Source of the DNA: a virus
Lineage: Duplodnaviria; Caudoviricetes
Length of the DNA stretch: 64,000 nucleotides
Reading direction: 5' to 3' (one strand)
Virus record (IMG/VR): IMGVR_UViG_2639763196_000002
Coordinates: 1,128-65,127 of that record
Part shown: positions 36,757-46,859 of the stretch, piece by piece
How positions within the stretch are numbered: position 1 is the stretch's first letter
Layout of the letters: every line of letters starts with the position of its first letter
Program-made: the position numbers and the translations under genes
The notes under the pieces: model-generated
What the model was told of the DNA's origin: nothing
The model's database searches: none
Seen by the model: the letters and a program-made list of their open reading frames with translations, nothing else

Positions 36757-37929
36757 TTAGGCAGCGGTTTCCAGGACTTCGGTGAGCCACTGATTGGTGA
36801 CCTCGACCCGGAAAATCGGGTTCTCGGCAGGCGGTACGTCGGTGAAACGGATGTTCCAGTAAACCTTGCCCTGCTCCAGCTGGCTGACGGTGTTGAGTTC
36901 GGTGTCGGCGAACACCTCGAAGTTGATCACCGCGCCCTGGTTCTTCAGGTCTTGCATGAATGCCTGCAGGCCGTCGGTGACGTCCTTGATGTAGGTCTTG
37001 GTGATGCCACGGTCGACCGCCCACTTGTGCCCCGCCAGGATTGCGTCCATGACGATGTCGACCGTGCGCACACGGGTAACAAACGCCCACTTGGGATCCG
37101 CTGACAGCGTACGGTTACCCCACAAGCGATACCCGCCGTCGCGAATGATGGTGGTGATGTTGGCGTTGTTGAGCAGGTTGGCCCGGCAGGTTTCGTCGCC
37201 ATCCAGAAACTCGACCGGCCGCGAGGTGCCGGTGATGCCGACGAACTCCTTGTTCGATGGCGAAGACCAGAAGCCATACTCGGCATCCGTCCAGGCAAAC
37301 AAACCAGCAGCGAAAGCCGAGGCCGGCGCGTTGACGGTTTTGCTCTGCAGCGTGTCCCACAGCTGCACGCCCGGATCGACCAGAAAGCAACGCTTGCTGC
37401 CGAACTCCTGGGCGTAGGCCATTGCGGCTTCGTCCGTGGTGTTCGGCCCGTCGAGAATCGCCAGTGCCCGAAGCTTGCCAGCCAACGCATCCAGCGCAGT
37501 TGCAACCGCCTGGGTCGCGGTATGACCTGGAGCAATCAGCAGCCGGGGCTGGGCGTTGAACCGGCTCTTGCCGTCCAGCAGTGCCTGCATGCCGGTGCGC
37601 TGCCCCGACGTAAGAACTCCGCCGATGATTGAGGAGGTCTGCTGGGCGGGGTCTTCAACTTTGGCGACACCGCAGCCAATGACCACCGCTTTCGCACGCA
37701 CGAAAATCGCTTTGCACGCCCGCGTGATCGCCGAGTCTTCGCCCCAAGCGGCAACCGCTTCACGCTCACTGGTGATCAGCGTCAGTTCGTTGGGTTTGGC
37801 GGATGCCGCTGGCACCACAGTAAAGGTGTCGCATAGTCCAATAATGGACGACGACGGCAGCGCAATGGTCCGTGCCCCGGAATCTACCAAGGTGACGGTA
37901 ACGCCGTGAAAACGACCGGAAGAGGCCAT
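36757..37929 (-). CDS. Tail sheath (FI)
   Basis: FHGVTV, PRLLIAPG, WSSPSN, GYRLWGNRT. Confidence 0.93.
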   Translation of the reverse strand: MASSGRFHGVTVTLVDSGARTIALPSSSIIGLCDTFTVVPAASAKPNELTLITSEREAVAAWGEDSAITRACKAIFVRAKAVVIGCGVAKVEDPAQQTSSIIGGVLTSGQRTGMQALLDGKSRFNAQPRLLIAPGHTATQAVATALDALAGKLRALAILDGPNTTDEAAMAYAQEFGSKRCFLVDPGVQLWDTLQSKTVNAPASAFAAGLFAWTDAEYGFWSSPSNKEFVGITGTSRPVEFLDGDETCRANLLNNANITTIIRDGGYRLWGNRTLSADPKWAFVTRVRTVDIVMDAILAGHKWAVDRGITKTYIKDVTDGLQAFMQDLKNQGAVINFEVFADTELNTVSQLEQGKVYWNIRFTDVPPAENPIFRVEVTNQWLTEVLETAA

Positions 37930-38026
37930 AGTGTGAGTTCTCCAAAAATGACAAAGCCCCGCATGAGCGAGGCTTTGGAGGGGGGGTTAAACTGGGTATA
38001 CAAAAACGCCCTGACGATGCAGGGCG

Positions 38027-38476
38027 TTATTGGTTTTGATGGATGGTCCACTCAGGTTTAAGCGGTCGTGAATCCGACGAGGGAAACCCGTCAGTGCCAG
38101 GCCAATCACGTAGGGCCTGCATATAGTCCAGAAGCTCGCCAGACTGCTCTACAGTTAGTGTGGTAGGCCGCTGTGAATCGATTTCGTCACGATGTCGCTC
38201 TCGCAGCCATTTAACACTTTCAATTTCAGCGTCCCGCCACTGCCTGGCTTGTGCGACCAAAGCTTCCGACGAGGGTGGCGGTAGGTCTACCAATACGGGA
38301 TTGCCCTTCTTGTCCGGAGCGATCCGACGCCCATTCGTCTCACCGTCAAGAAGCTCTTGATGCTGCCCGTCAGTGATTTCAGCGCCACCGTTATCCGTCG
38401 ACGAAAAGGCAAATCGCCCGTCTCCATCAATCCATTTTGCATACATCGTTTTTTCCAGCTCTTTTTCACTGTTCAT
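38027..38476 (-). CDS. Tail fibre assembly chaperone
   Basis: ARQWRD...WLRERHRDE...YMQALRDWP; start uncertain (38476 or 38446). Confidence 0.8.
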   Translation of the reverse strand: MNSEKELEKTMYAKWIDGDGRFAFSSTDNGGAEITDGQHQELLDGETNGRRIAPDKKGNPVLVDLPPPSSEALVAQARQWRDAEIESVKWLRERHRDEIDSQRPTTLTVEQSGELLDYMQALRDWPGTDGFPSSDSRPLKPEWTIHQNQ

Positions 38477-40062
38477 TTGTTTACCCAACCCCAGGCGCGC
38501 CAGTTGCATTGTGAACTTGTTGGTGTATTGACTGCGGTATTACCGCGAATGAAAGAACACATGTTCTGAGCGATAAAGCCGGTCGTTGATACGGCCGTCA
38601 CCTGCCACATCGTCATCAAGGTGGCGCCCACGTTAGAGCTGTCATAGGGAACAATGAAAGGAGGTTTAGAAAATTGTTCAGCGAACGTGATATTGACCGT
38701 GTCAGTAGTCGCGGCAGACAGCCCCCAGCACTCAAGCATTCCACCGGGTAAGTACCGGTATCCGTTGGTGGCTTTCGACTGTCGAAACTCAGAGGATTGG
38801 TCCAGTCTCACGCTTCTACTGGTAGCGCACCAGGTGCCTCCGCCAGAGCTAACAAGTGTTAAAAAGTCGCCGTTGTTGAGCGTCAGTACCGATAAAAACG
38901 CACCAAACCCCGCGTTGATAACGTCCGTTCCGGTTGCTTTGATGGTGTCCGGCGTTAAGAGTCCATGGTCCACAAAAAAGCTAATGCTTGCTCCAGCCGG
39001 TACCGAGTTGGCAGGCGGCAAGGTCGCGATAATCGACCCATTACCAGACAAAACCATCAGGTAGCCAATGTGTGCCTTCGTCAGGGCTTTCGCAGCTGTG
39101 GTTACAACTTCTAGTCCTCTGTGCGACCCAAGTGAGTCGCCTACAAATTTTGTAGTCGCAATGGATTCATCTCTATCAAACTGTGTTGGCGTTGGCGCCT
39201 TCGGATCGCCTGTAAAAACTGGGGAGTCCAGCGGTGCAAAACCGTCCGTGATATCGCGAAAGGTCAGCGCAGTGGTACCTAGGACAATCGGGGCGTCTGT
39301 GGTTAACATCCATAAGGTGTCAGCATATTTAGAACCCCGTTCGACTGTGACCAATAGGCCAGGGGTTACCTTTTCATCTCCGTCTGCGTCGACCGTACGC
39401 TTCCAACTATCGGTGCTGACCAAATACAAGCCATTGTCTTTTGCTTGAGCCTGATCCTTCACCAAGACCCGAGAGCCCACAGGAACAGCCAATCCATCAA
39501 TCTCTTGAACACCGGCCAACACCATCGGAGCGGTTGTAGCGACCAATACCGACTGTTTAGTGTCTAGTCGGTTGACTGCGTTCGCCACTGAATCATCAAC
39601 ATATTTTCGAGTCGCCGTTACAACAGACGGGTCAATCAACAACACAACGTTGCTAGAACTCTTAACCACAAAGTTCATTCGTAATACTTGCGTCTTACCA
39701 GAGCCCTGGGAGAGCAGCGACTTATAGCTTGGCGCGCAATTGGCAACGGCAACCAAATCGCCGTCCGAATCGAAAAGCCCTAGCTCGCGAATCCAGAATC
39801 CACCTTCATCCGCCGGAATAATCTGCTCCGCGATGAGGATTCCAGGGTTGGCTGGATCAGGCCCCAGGCTATTCAACGGAGCACGGCGGCGCTCATTAAT
39901 CAGTGTTTTTTGTAAGCGATCAGGGATCGGGTTGGTGTCGTTTGCGTCGCCAACGGCCATATGGGTCAGCTTCCAGGTTATTAAGCCTGCATCAGCCTTA
40001 ACTTGCTTAGCCTCACCAACAGCCGTAAGCAGGGCGAAAAACTGAGAATTAACATCAATCAT
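38473..40062 (-). CDS. Tail fibre protein
   Basis: P2 gpH-like N-terminus (GGFWIRELGLFD, DPSVVTATRKYVD), FTGDPKAPTP, NGYRYLPGGMLECWG. Confidence 0.9.
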   Translation of the reverse strand: MIDVNSQFFALLTAVGEAKQVKADAGLITWKLTHMAVGDANDTNPIPDRLQKTLINERRRAPLNSLGPDPANPGILIAEQIIPADEGGFWIRELGLFDSDGDLVAVANCAPSYKSLLSQGSGKTQVLRMNFVVKSSSNVVLLIDPSVVTATRKYVDDSVANAVNRLDTKQSVLVATTAPMVLAGVQEIDGLAVPVGSRVLVKDQAQAKDNGLYLVSTDSWKRTVDADGDEKVTPGLLVTVERGSKYADTLWMLTTDAPIVLGTTALTFRDITDGFAPLDSPVFTGDPKAPTPTQFDRDESIATTKFVGDSLGSHRGLEVVTTAAKALTKAHIGYLMVLSGNGSIIATLPPANSVPAGASISFFVDHGLLTPDTIKATGTDVINAGFGAFLSVLTLNNGDFLTLVSSGGGTWCATSRSVRLDQSSEFRQSKATNGYRYLPGGMLECWGLSAATTDTVNITFAEQFSKPPFIVPYDSSNVGATLMTMWQVTAVSTTGFIAQNMCSFIRGNTAVNTPTSSQCNWRAWGWVNK

Positions 40063-40748
40063 TGGTATACGTCCAAATGGTCTATGGAATGTTCGCGCCC
40101 ATCAACACCGACATAACAGTCAACCGAGATAAATGCAGGCGCCGGGGGATAAACATCAATTTCATCTATGGAGTATTCGCGACCGCCGCCACCGATAACG
40201 CCCGACACCTCAATGTCACGGAACACCGGCGGGTAAACGTCAATCACGTCACCTTCGAAGGCACTTACAAAAACATTTATAGGCCCGGTGCTTTCCAAGC
40301 TGATCGCTAGCCCCGTCATGTGCCGGCTAACCGGCTTGGCGTCATCAATCAGCCAGGTCAGCTCCAGGTACATCTCCTCGGTGATACCGGTTTCCAATAC
40401 GCCTACCTTCAAGGCGAAGGTGCCGGGAACACCCATGGGAGTCGTCTCCCACCATTCCTGCACTTCAATCAGATAGCCGAGCGGCTCAACCCCCCGGCGC
40501 AACGCGCCGATGGTGCCCTTGTGTGCATGTACGTAGAACGCCGAACGGATGGCCGAGCGCTTGACGGCTTCCGACCAGTTGTAGTCCCAGCGGTCCACCG
40601 ACCAGGCCCAGGCCAGTTGGTGCAGCAAGTGCGCCGGGCAGGTGTCAGGGTTGTACAAAGTGCGCAACGGCACGTCGGTGTCTTCGTCGGTCGCCGCTTC
40701 AATGGCCCGTTCCAGTTGCGTGCTGTTTATAGGCAGTAGGCTTTTCAC
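40059..40748 (-). CDS. Baseplate protein GpI
   Basis: SLLPINST, LAWAWSVDRWD, HKGTIGAL, AKPVSRH. Confidence 0.92.
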   Translation of the reverse strand: MKSLLPINSTQLERAIEAATDEDTDVPLRTLYNPDTCPAHLLHQLAWAWSVDRWDYNWSEAVKRSAIRSAFYVHAHKGTIGALRRGVEPLGYLIEVQEWWETTPMGVPGTFALKVGVLETGITEEMYLELTWLIDDAKPVSRHMTGLAISLESTGPINVFVSAFEGDVIDVYPPVFRDIEVSGVIGGGGREYSIDEIDVYPPAPAFISVDCYVGVDGREHSIDHLDVYQ

Positions 40749-41632
40749 GACGGCCCTCCCTGCTTCACGGTAAAGCCGATGCAGTAAGCCGCCTGGTACT
40801 TGGTCGGCTTTATATCCTGCCAGTTGGGAAGGTCCACCCGACCGACGCCGCTGATATGCAACTGCGCGTCGATGGCTGAACGTGGCACCTCAACGCCAAG
40901 CCGCCGTCGAGGGTTGACCCAACCCGCCAGACGCTGCTCGGCCGCTGCCAGGATCGCCTCGTTTTCCGAACCGGTACCGGCCATGTGCAGCACTGCATCA
41001 ATGCGGTATTCAATGACCTCCGCGCTTTGCACGGTGAGACGATCACCTACAGGCCGGATGTCGTCATCACTGAGGTATTTCATCACCGCATCCAGCAGCG
41101 GCTGCGGGGCGACCCCATTGCCCTGCAGGTGCAGTACGGTGACCACCACCTCTGCAGGGGATGGGCTTTCAGCCGTGGCATCCGCCACCAGGGCCGACGC
41201 GTTACGGGCGTGCAGAATGTAGCTGTTGCGTGGGCCGGCGGTTGTCAGCCCTTCGTACACCAATTGCACCCGCTCGCGCAGTGCGTCGTTGGATTCCATC
41301 ACCCGAGGCGTCGGGGGAACGGTATTGAGGTTTTCTTCCTGAATCACCAGGCGCTGCAGTCGAACATTGCCAGCCAACTGATCAAGGTCGCCATCAATGG
41401 CATAGGCCAACAGCAGTGCCTTGGCCCCGTCATTTACACGGGCCCGGTTCTGGATGCGCCGGTAAACGCCCAACTCCAACAGCTTGACCACTGGATCACT
41501 TTCCAGCTCGGCGGTCCAATTTTCGCCCATGTACAAACGAAATGCGGCCAGTTCCTCGGCGTAGGTTTGCTCAAAGTCGAGATCCTCCAGCACAGGCGGC
41601 GCCGGCAGCGCTGATAAATCCACAGTGCTCAT
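40745..41632 (-). CDS. Baseplate GpJ
   Basis: DLSALPAP, ESNDALRER, TAGP, IRPVGDR. Confidence 0.93.
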   Translation of the reverse strand: MSTVDLSALPAPPVLEDLDFEQTYAEELAAFRLYMGENWTAELESDPVVKLLELGVYRRIQNRARVNDGAKALLLAYAIDGDLDQLAGNVRLQRLVIQEENLNTVPPTPRVMESNDALRERVQLVYEGLTTAGPRNSYILHARNASALVADATAESPSPAEVVVTVLHLQGNGVAPQPLLDAVMKYLSDDDIRPVGDRLTVQSAEVIEYRIDAVLHMAGTGSENEAILAAAEQRLAGWVNPRRRLGVEVPRSAIDAQLHISGVGRVDLPNWQDIKPTKYQAAYCIGFTVKQGGPS

Positions 41633-41955
41633 GCGGCGACCCTCAGTAGCGCGTTTTCGCCCTTGAACAGGCCTTTGAGTTCAAACTCTATTCGGCCATC
41701 TAAAACAGCCACCACACGCACCTGGCTGATACTGAGCCGGGGCTCCCATCGTGCCAGCGCCCGTGCCACTTCGGCCTGGACTGCGCTTTTCCAACCTTCG
41801 GTAACGGGTAGGTCGACGAAGCGGCGTAACTGGCTACCGTAGTCGGGCCGTTGCCGGCGGCTGCCCAACGGGGTGGTCAGGATGTCTTCAATGCACTGAC
41901 GCAGATGCTCGATGCCGGAGATGGGCTGCCCAGTGCGGCGATCCATTCCGATCAT
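41629..41955 (-). CDS. Baseplate GpW/gp25
   Basis: GMDRRTG...ILTTPLGSR...WEPR. Confidence 0.93.
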   Translation of the reverse strand: MIGMDRRTGQPISGIEHLRQCIEDILTTPLGSRRQRPDYGSQLRRFVDLPVTEGWKSAVQAEVARALARWEPRLSISQVRVVAVLDGRIEFELKGLFKGENALLRVAA

Positions 41956-41960
41956 CTGGG

Positions 41961-42206
41961 TTACTCCGGCGCGGGTTCGAGGTCAGGATGGTTTTGAAGA
42001 AACTCGTAATGATCAGATGTGTCAGCGGTCACCACCCCTCTGATAACCACCAGGCTTTCGCCGTGCGGCGTGATGAGCGTTCGCGAGGTGAACACGGTGT
42101 CGCGAAAGCGACGAGGTCGGCCAACAGCTTTCGGTGACGACTCTACCTTCGGTACTGGCAATGACTGGGGAGCGGCCGGCTGCTCGTCCGACTTGGGCTT
42201 GTTCAT
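41961..42206 (-). CDS. Hypothetical protein
   Basis: 81 aa from ATG 42206 with GGAG SD; co-oriented in tail operon. Confidence 0.7.
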   Translation of the reverse strand: MNKPKSDEQPAAPQSLPVPKVESSPKAVGRPRRFRDTVFTSRTLITPHGESLVVIRGVVTADTSDHYEFLQNHPDLEPAPE

Positions 42207-42264
42207 GTGGGCAAACTCCAGAAATGAAAACGCCCGCACGCGGCGGGCAGAAATAAGCGGTTAA

Positions 42265-42828
42265 TCAGTGTTTGTGATTTGGGGTGTTGCCACCCGCATC
42301 AATGATCTTGCCGGCGCCGTTGATATCACCCGTCACCGTCAGGGGCCCGGTGATCGTCACATTGCCTGTGAGACCGATGTCCCCGGAAACCACTGTGACA
42401 GTGCTGTCGGTGACAGTGGCTACGGTGCCGCCGACCTTGATGGTGACGGTCCCGGAAGGCAACGTGATGCTGTAGCTACTGTCCTGCCAGTCATAGACCA
42501 GCGACCCGCCATCCGCAAACCGCCACACCTCAACATGATCCCGGTTGTCAGGCGGCGAACCAGCATCGCCATACAGCCCAGGAATAAAAGTACCCATTGC
42601 CGGGTTGCCGCTGGGGCTGAACAGCTTGCCTTGCTCACCCAGGCTGGGGACTCGCCAGTGCCGAGCCTTACCAGCAGCGACGCTGTGCCAGCGCACCCAG
42701 GCGCTGGTCCACTCCCCTGCCCTGACCCTGACAACCGGCGGAGAGGCCGTGGTATCAACGGCAGCCACCACGCAATCCATCAGCATGGCGGCGATCATGC
42801 GGTCGCTTTCCCCGCTGGCGTAGCTCAT
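42265..42828 (-). CDS. Baseplate spike GpV
   Basis: AGKARHWRVPSLGEQ, FADGGSLVYD, C-terminal HKH metal motif. Confidence 0.92.
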   Translation of the reverse strand: MSYASGESDRMIAAMLMDCVVAAVDTTASPPVVRVRAGEWTSAWVRWHSVAAGKARHWRVPSLGEQGKLFSPSGNPAMGTFIPGLYGDAGSPPDNRDHVEVWRFADGGSLVYDWQDSSYSITLPSGTVTIKVGGTVATVTDSTVTVVSGDIGLTGNVTITGPLTVTGDINGAGKIIDAGGNTPNHKH

Positions 42829-43355
42829 GCCAGCAACTCCGGCGCGACGTACTGATCTCGACTGCCTGGGCCAATATCCGGGCTGACACCTATCAACAGC
42901 GTGCCCGGCGGTTCATCCGGCCAAGGCCACTCCTCGGTACCGAGATAAATCGTCTGATTCCATTCCACCAGCCAGACCGTGTAACCATCCAACTCAGGAC
43001 GAGTCCAGTCCTGCACCGCTTGGATAAACTCGGCGCATTCGATCTCCAGGCCCCAGTTCTGTGCCCGTAGCAACACAATCAATTGGGTCACCAGCTGCAC
43101 CACCTGGCGATGATGATCAGCCTGAATGGGGTCAACGATGATCCGCGCTTCGAACTTGCAGACCATGGTGGTTTCACCGGTCCCGATATCAGCCCCCGGC
43201 TCAATCTCGGACATCTCCAGGAACACAGCGGGCAGCGGAATGTGATCCTCAATGTTCGGCCAGGCAGCAACGGTTTGAACACCTGGCAGATGCGCCTGCA
43301 GGTGCTGCTCGATAGCTTGATAAAGCTGGTCGAGGCTCAACGTTTCGTCAGACAC
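42825..43355 (-). CDS. Tail completion/terminator protein
   Basis: 176 aa, PAVFLEM...WLVEWNQ; between gpZ-like gene and GpV. Confidence 0.7.
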   Translation of the reverse strand: MSDETLSLDQLYQAIEQHLQAHLPGVQTVAAWPNIEDHIPLPAVFLEMSEIEPGADIGTGETTMVCKFEARIIVDPIQADHHRQVVQLVTQLIVLLRAQNWGLEIECAEFIQAVQDWTRPELDGYTVWLVEWNQTIYLGTEEWPWPDEPPGTLLIGVSPDIGPGSRDQYVAPELLA

Positions 43356-44004
43356 GCGGCGTCCCCTTCAAATACTTCTGCAGTTCAAAGTTGAGTTCCT
43401 GCGTGAGGATCTCCAGCAGGCGTTCGTCCGCACGCTTCACCCAGGCATCAAAGTGCGGTCGCACTTGCTCCAACGACACCTTGGCCTTCGCCAGGGGGAA
43501 GCGGTTGTCGTTTTCTTCGACGAAGCCAGAGCGTCTGCCACCCTGCGCGGCATCCGGGTAATCGGTGGTGTTGAAGTGTTTGCTCGACGTGCGGATCCAG
43601 ATATCAGCATTGCTGCCGTAGACCTTCTTGTAGAAAGCCCCCTGGTAACGCCGGCCGGCGACTGAAACACCCGCGCCGGTTTGCCGCGCACGCCCGACGC
43701 GGCTGGCCTCGATGGCATTGATACCGAACCACAACTTGCCGCGCATATCGCCGCCGCTAACGGGGTACGCCCGAAGTCGCTGCCGGACGGCGCCGATAGC
43801 GATGCGTTCTTGCTTGCCGACAGCCCGTGCAATGTGGGTGCGCAACCAACGGATGGTTTTGTTGATTGCACGCCGCTGAGCCGCCGCTGCGGCTTTGGGC
43901 ACCATGTCGCCGAACTCTTTCAGCGCCTGAACATGCACCGCCGACGGCGTTATGGTGAGCAACCCACCGTCGCGCTTCTGCTGGGTATAGCTGCCGATGC
44001 TCAT
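43348..44004 (-). CDS. Minor tail protein Z-like
   Basis: Basic protein, AQRRAINKT motif; neck-region position. Confidence 0.75.
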   Translation of the reverse strand: MSIGSYTQQKRDGGLLTITPSAVHVQALKEFGDMVPKAAAAAQRRAINKTIRWLRTHIARAVGKQERIAIGAVRQRLRAYPVSGGDMRGKLWFGINAIEASRVGRARQTGAGVSVAGRRYQGAFYKKVYGSNADIWIRTSSKHFNTTDYPDAAQGGRRSGFVEENDNRFPLAKAKVSLEQVRPHFDAWVKRADERLLEILTQELNFELQKYLKGTPRV

Positions 44005-44321
44005 GCGCGCTTCCTCAAGATCAAGGCCACCAGGCCATTGCCGTCCGGCTCAAGCTGCAGCAGGTCATAGTCGCCACCGCCATCCAACGCCGGCAGATCA
44101 ACGCTGACCCGCAGACCTTTGACCAAGCCATCCGAATCCTTGACGCGAATCTCGAAGCGCGGCTCCCGCAGGCCAGTGTTGAGCTTGCCGAACTGAGGCT
44201 GTTTCCAGGGTGCCGAGAACATACCCAGCACCGGCTCCGGGCGCCCCTCGATCATGGCGCTGTCGCCCACGGTTTCAAAAACCACGTCGTCGATGTCGTC
44301 GATCAGATCGCGGAAGGCCAC
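44001..44321 (-). CDS. Head-tail joining protein
   Basis: ~106 aa after capsid, ending PDGNGLVALIL. Confidence 0.7.
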   Translation of the reverse strand: MAFRDLIDDIDDVVFETVGDSAMIEGRPEPVLGMFSAPWKQPQFGKLNTGLREPRFEIRVKDSDGLVKGLRVSVDLPALDGGGDYDLLQLEPDGNGLVALILRKRA

Positions 44322-44323
44322 GA

Positions 44324-45319
44324 TCACATCTCCAGCAGGATCTGCGCCCGAGGTCGCGTGCACAGGTGCAGCGGGTTGGACTGGGCTTCGCCGGCCACAC
44401 CCTTGTTGAACGGCAGCGGCTCGATCTTGCTGTAGTACGGGATGCCCTGGGTGTTGACGGTTTCCATGTAGTCGGCCGGTGCGAAGGACGAGATGTACAG
44501 GTCAGGGACGCCCTCGGGGATCAGCAACGCTTTGTCGTCGTGGACAAACGCAACGCCAGCAACCTTGCCGCGATACCGCTCCCAGACGATCCCGCCGAAC
44601 TCGAAGGCTTCACGGGCATCGCCACGCAGAGACGCGGCTTGCATGGTATTGAGGTAAGTCTCTTTGACCGACTTGTGGACGATCAGCTTGTTCCAGAAGT
44701 TCTTGCCGCACATGGCGCGGGAGCCGCTGCTGGTGACGCTGCCGAGGGCTTCTTCCTGCATATCCAGGGCTTCACCGCATTTGACCCGCAGCTCGGTATC
44801 TGGACTGTTCAAGCCCATTGGCAGCTTCTGACGATTCACGCCGAAGGATTTATAAATATCCAACAGGACTGTCTTGCCATCGGCGTCCAGCACCTGCCCG
44901 TTCAACGCTCCCATGCGCTGGAATTCGTGGGTGGCATCCAGCTGTCGTCGGGCCTTTGCCAGGCGCTTGTTGACCACATCCTGCACGGCCTGCAATTCGC
45001 TGCGGGTACCGAAGGCGCGAATGCCCTGGATCTCGTCAGCCTTGATGGTGAAGCGCTCAGGCAGGTGCACGGTGTTGAACGGGATCAACGTACGCTTGGT
45101 CCCGCCAACCACCAGGCCCGAGGTGCCGCGCTCGCCCGATGGCACCAGGGCCAGGGTGTCGCCGTCTTTCTCGATCTGCACGGTCAACGTGCTGATGCCC
45201 TCTTCGCGGAACAGGCCAAGGCTGCTGATGCGGCCCGGCAGGTATTCCTGTTCATTGATTGCAGCGGTCAGCGAGGAGACGCTGAATGCATCGTCTTCAA
45301 AAATGGCGATATCGGCCAT
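44324..45319 (-). CDS. Major capsid protein (lambda gpE-like)
   Basis: 331 aa from MADIAIF (GGAG SD); LTAAIN, THEFQRMGAL, QSNPL. Confidence 0.9.
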   Translation of the reverse strand: MADIAIFEDDAFSVSSLTAAINEQEYLPGRISSLGLFREEGISTLTVQIEKDGDTLALVPSGERGTSGLVVGGTKRTLIPFNTVHLPERFTIKADEIQGIRAFGTRSELQAVQDVVNKRLAKARRQLDATHEFQRMGALNGQVLDADGKTVLLDIYKSFGVNRQKLPMGLNSPDTELRVKCGEALDMQEEALGSVTSSGSRAMCGKNFWNKLIVHKSVKETYLNTMQAASLRGDAREAFEFGGIVWERYRGKVAGVAFVHDDKALLIPEGVPDLYISSFAPADYMETVNTQGIPYYSKIEPLPFNKGVAGEAQSNPLHLCTRPRAQILLEM

Positions 45320-45381
45320 GGGGTACTCTCCAGAAACGAAAAATCCCGCACTCGGCGGGATGGATAAATGTGGTGAGCCCC

Positions 45382-45720
45382 TTAACGGACGATCACGAAA
45401 TGGGCGGCCAGGGCCTTTTCGGCGGCGGGGTCGAGGCCGGTCAAGTGCGCTTCGCTGACCTCGGCCAGCCGCACAATGGCACGACCGCGCCGGGCCACAT
45501 CGGACTCGCCCAGCGGCCCATACAGAATCGCGACGGCGTTTTCGGTACCGTCCTCGGCGGTTGGCTGGTACGGGGCAAACTCGCTGCTGGCGGTGACTAG
45601 GCCGAGGATCTGGCCCGGCTCCAGGGCTGGCCCGGCTGCGACGTTGATCGCTTCGCGGGAAATGTTGCCAGCGCCTTCGGACAGCAGGAACTCGCCCGCG
45701 TGCATCGATTCGACTTTCAT
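45382..45720 (-). CDS. Head decoration protein (gpD-like)
   Basis: HAGEFLLSE...SRE...GQILG...DGTENAVAIL. Confidence 0.85.
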   Translation of the reverse strand: MKVESMHAGEFLLSEGAGNISREAINVAAGPALEPGQILGLVTASSEFAPYQPTAEDGTENAVAILYGPLGESDVARRGRAIVRLAEVSEAHLTGLDPAAEKALAAHFVIVR

Positions 45721-46859
45721 GTTCTTGCTCCTTTCGAGGTTCCGTTCTGTGCCGCCTGACGAGTAGCCCAGATTGATTGGGTGTCGACCTGTTTGGCCTT
45801 AATGGTGGGTTCCGGGTCGTTGTCCAGCGGCAGGCTGTTATTGATCTCAAAGCCACCGCCGCTGCTGACCAGCTTGTCGAACAGCCGAGCACGAACTGCG
45901 CTTTCATCCAGACCCGCCGAGATAAACTCAGCGGTCAGTTCCGGCAATCGTGCGGCGACACACAGACCGTGCAGCGTTTTCGCGTTGGTTAGTGCTGCCA
46001 TAACCACCGCTTCGCTTTCCAGCCTGGTGGTGGCGAGCAGCGGCTCCACCAGGTTACTGATGCCGGCCGCCGTGCAACCCTTGGTGACCATCAGCGCCAG
46101 TCCAGCAGCGTCCAATACGGGCGCAGGTTCCGGTGGGTCGACAGGTTCAGGCGGTTCGACGTCGGGCTCTTCATCCAGTTGAGCGAGCAATTCAGCCGGG
46201 GCATGCTGGAAGCGCTGCAACACACTGCCCTGGCCGAGGCAGGCTTTGACCTTGAGGCCGTCGCCCACTTCATCTGCCAGGCCCAGCGCCACCGCCTCAT
46301 TGGCAGTCAGCCAAGTCTCGGCGTTGACCATGCGCCGCAACTCGGCCTCGTCGATGTCCGGCGCTTTGGACTTGTAGGCTGCAATGATCGCTTCCAGGGT
46401 CTGGTCCAGCACATCAGCAACGCGGCGGAAGTCTTCGGCATCACCACCGGTAAAGGTGTAGGGGTTGTGGATCATCAGCATTGCATTGGCCGCTATCACC
46501 ACGCGATGAGCGCCGCACACCGCGACACTCGCCGCACTGGCCGCCAGCGCATCAATGCGCCCGGTACAGCGCTCGCCCAAGCGCGACAGCGCGTTGTGGA
46601 TCGCCAGGCCGTCGAACAAGTCGCCGCCGATACTGTTGAACGCAACAATCACAGGCGACGCGCCGTCATCCATGGCCCGTAGGTCCTGGACAAACTGATT
46701 AGCGCTGACACCCCAGGTTCCGATCTCGCCGTAAACAAACACTTCAATGGTTTGCTGCTCGGCTTCACCGCTGGCCTGGAACGTGTACCAACTTTTATCC
46801 GCGACTTTTACCTGCTTGCCAGCCTTGTCATAAATGCGCGGGATCGCTTTTTTACTCAT
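45717..46859 (-). CDS. ClpP-like head maturation protease/scaffold
   Basis: NSIGGD, AASAAS, MIHNP, ETWLTANEA. Confidence 0.92.
   Translation of the reverse strand: MSKKAIPRIYDKAGKQVKVADKSWYTFQASGEAEQQTIEVFVYGEIGTWGVSANQFVQDLRAMDDGASPVIVAFNSIGGDLFDGLAIHNALSRLGERCTGRIDALAASAASVAVCGAHRVVIAANAMLMIHNPYTFTGGDAEDFRRVADVLDQTLEAIIAAYKSKAPDIDEAELRRMVNAETWLTANEAVALGLADEVGDGLKVKACLGQGSVLQRFQHAPAELLAQLDEEPDVEPPEPVDPPEPAPVLDAAGLALMVTKGCTAAGISNLVEPLLATTRLESEAVVMAALTNAKTLHGLCVAARLPELTAEFISAGLDESAVRARLFDKLVSSGGGFEINNSLPLDNDPEPTIKAKQVDTQSIWATRQAAQNGTSKGART

Noticed and set aside
38027-40062. Diversity-generating retroelement or invertible fibre cassette
   Set aside because: No RT, template repeat or serine invertase near either fibre locus
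45320-45907. N-terminal extension of the capsid ORF (527 aa)
   Set aside because: Overlaps decoration and protease genes in another frame; real start with SD is at 45319
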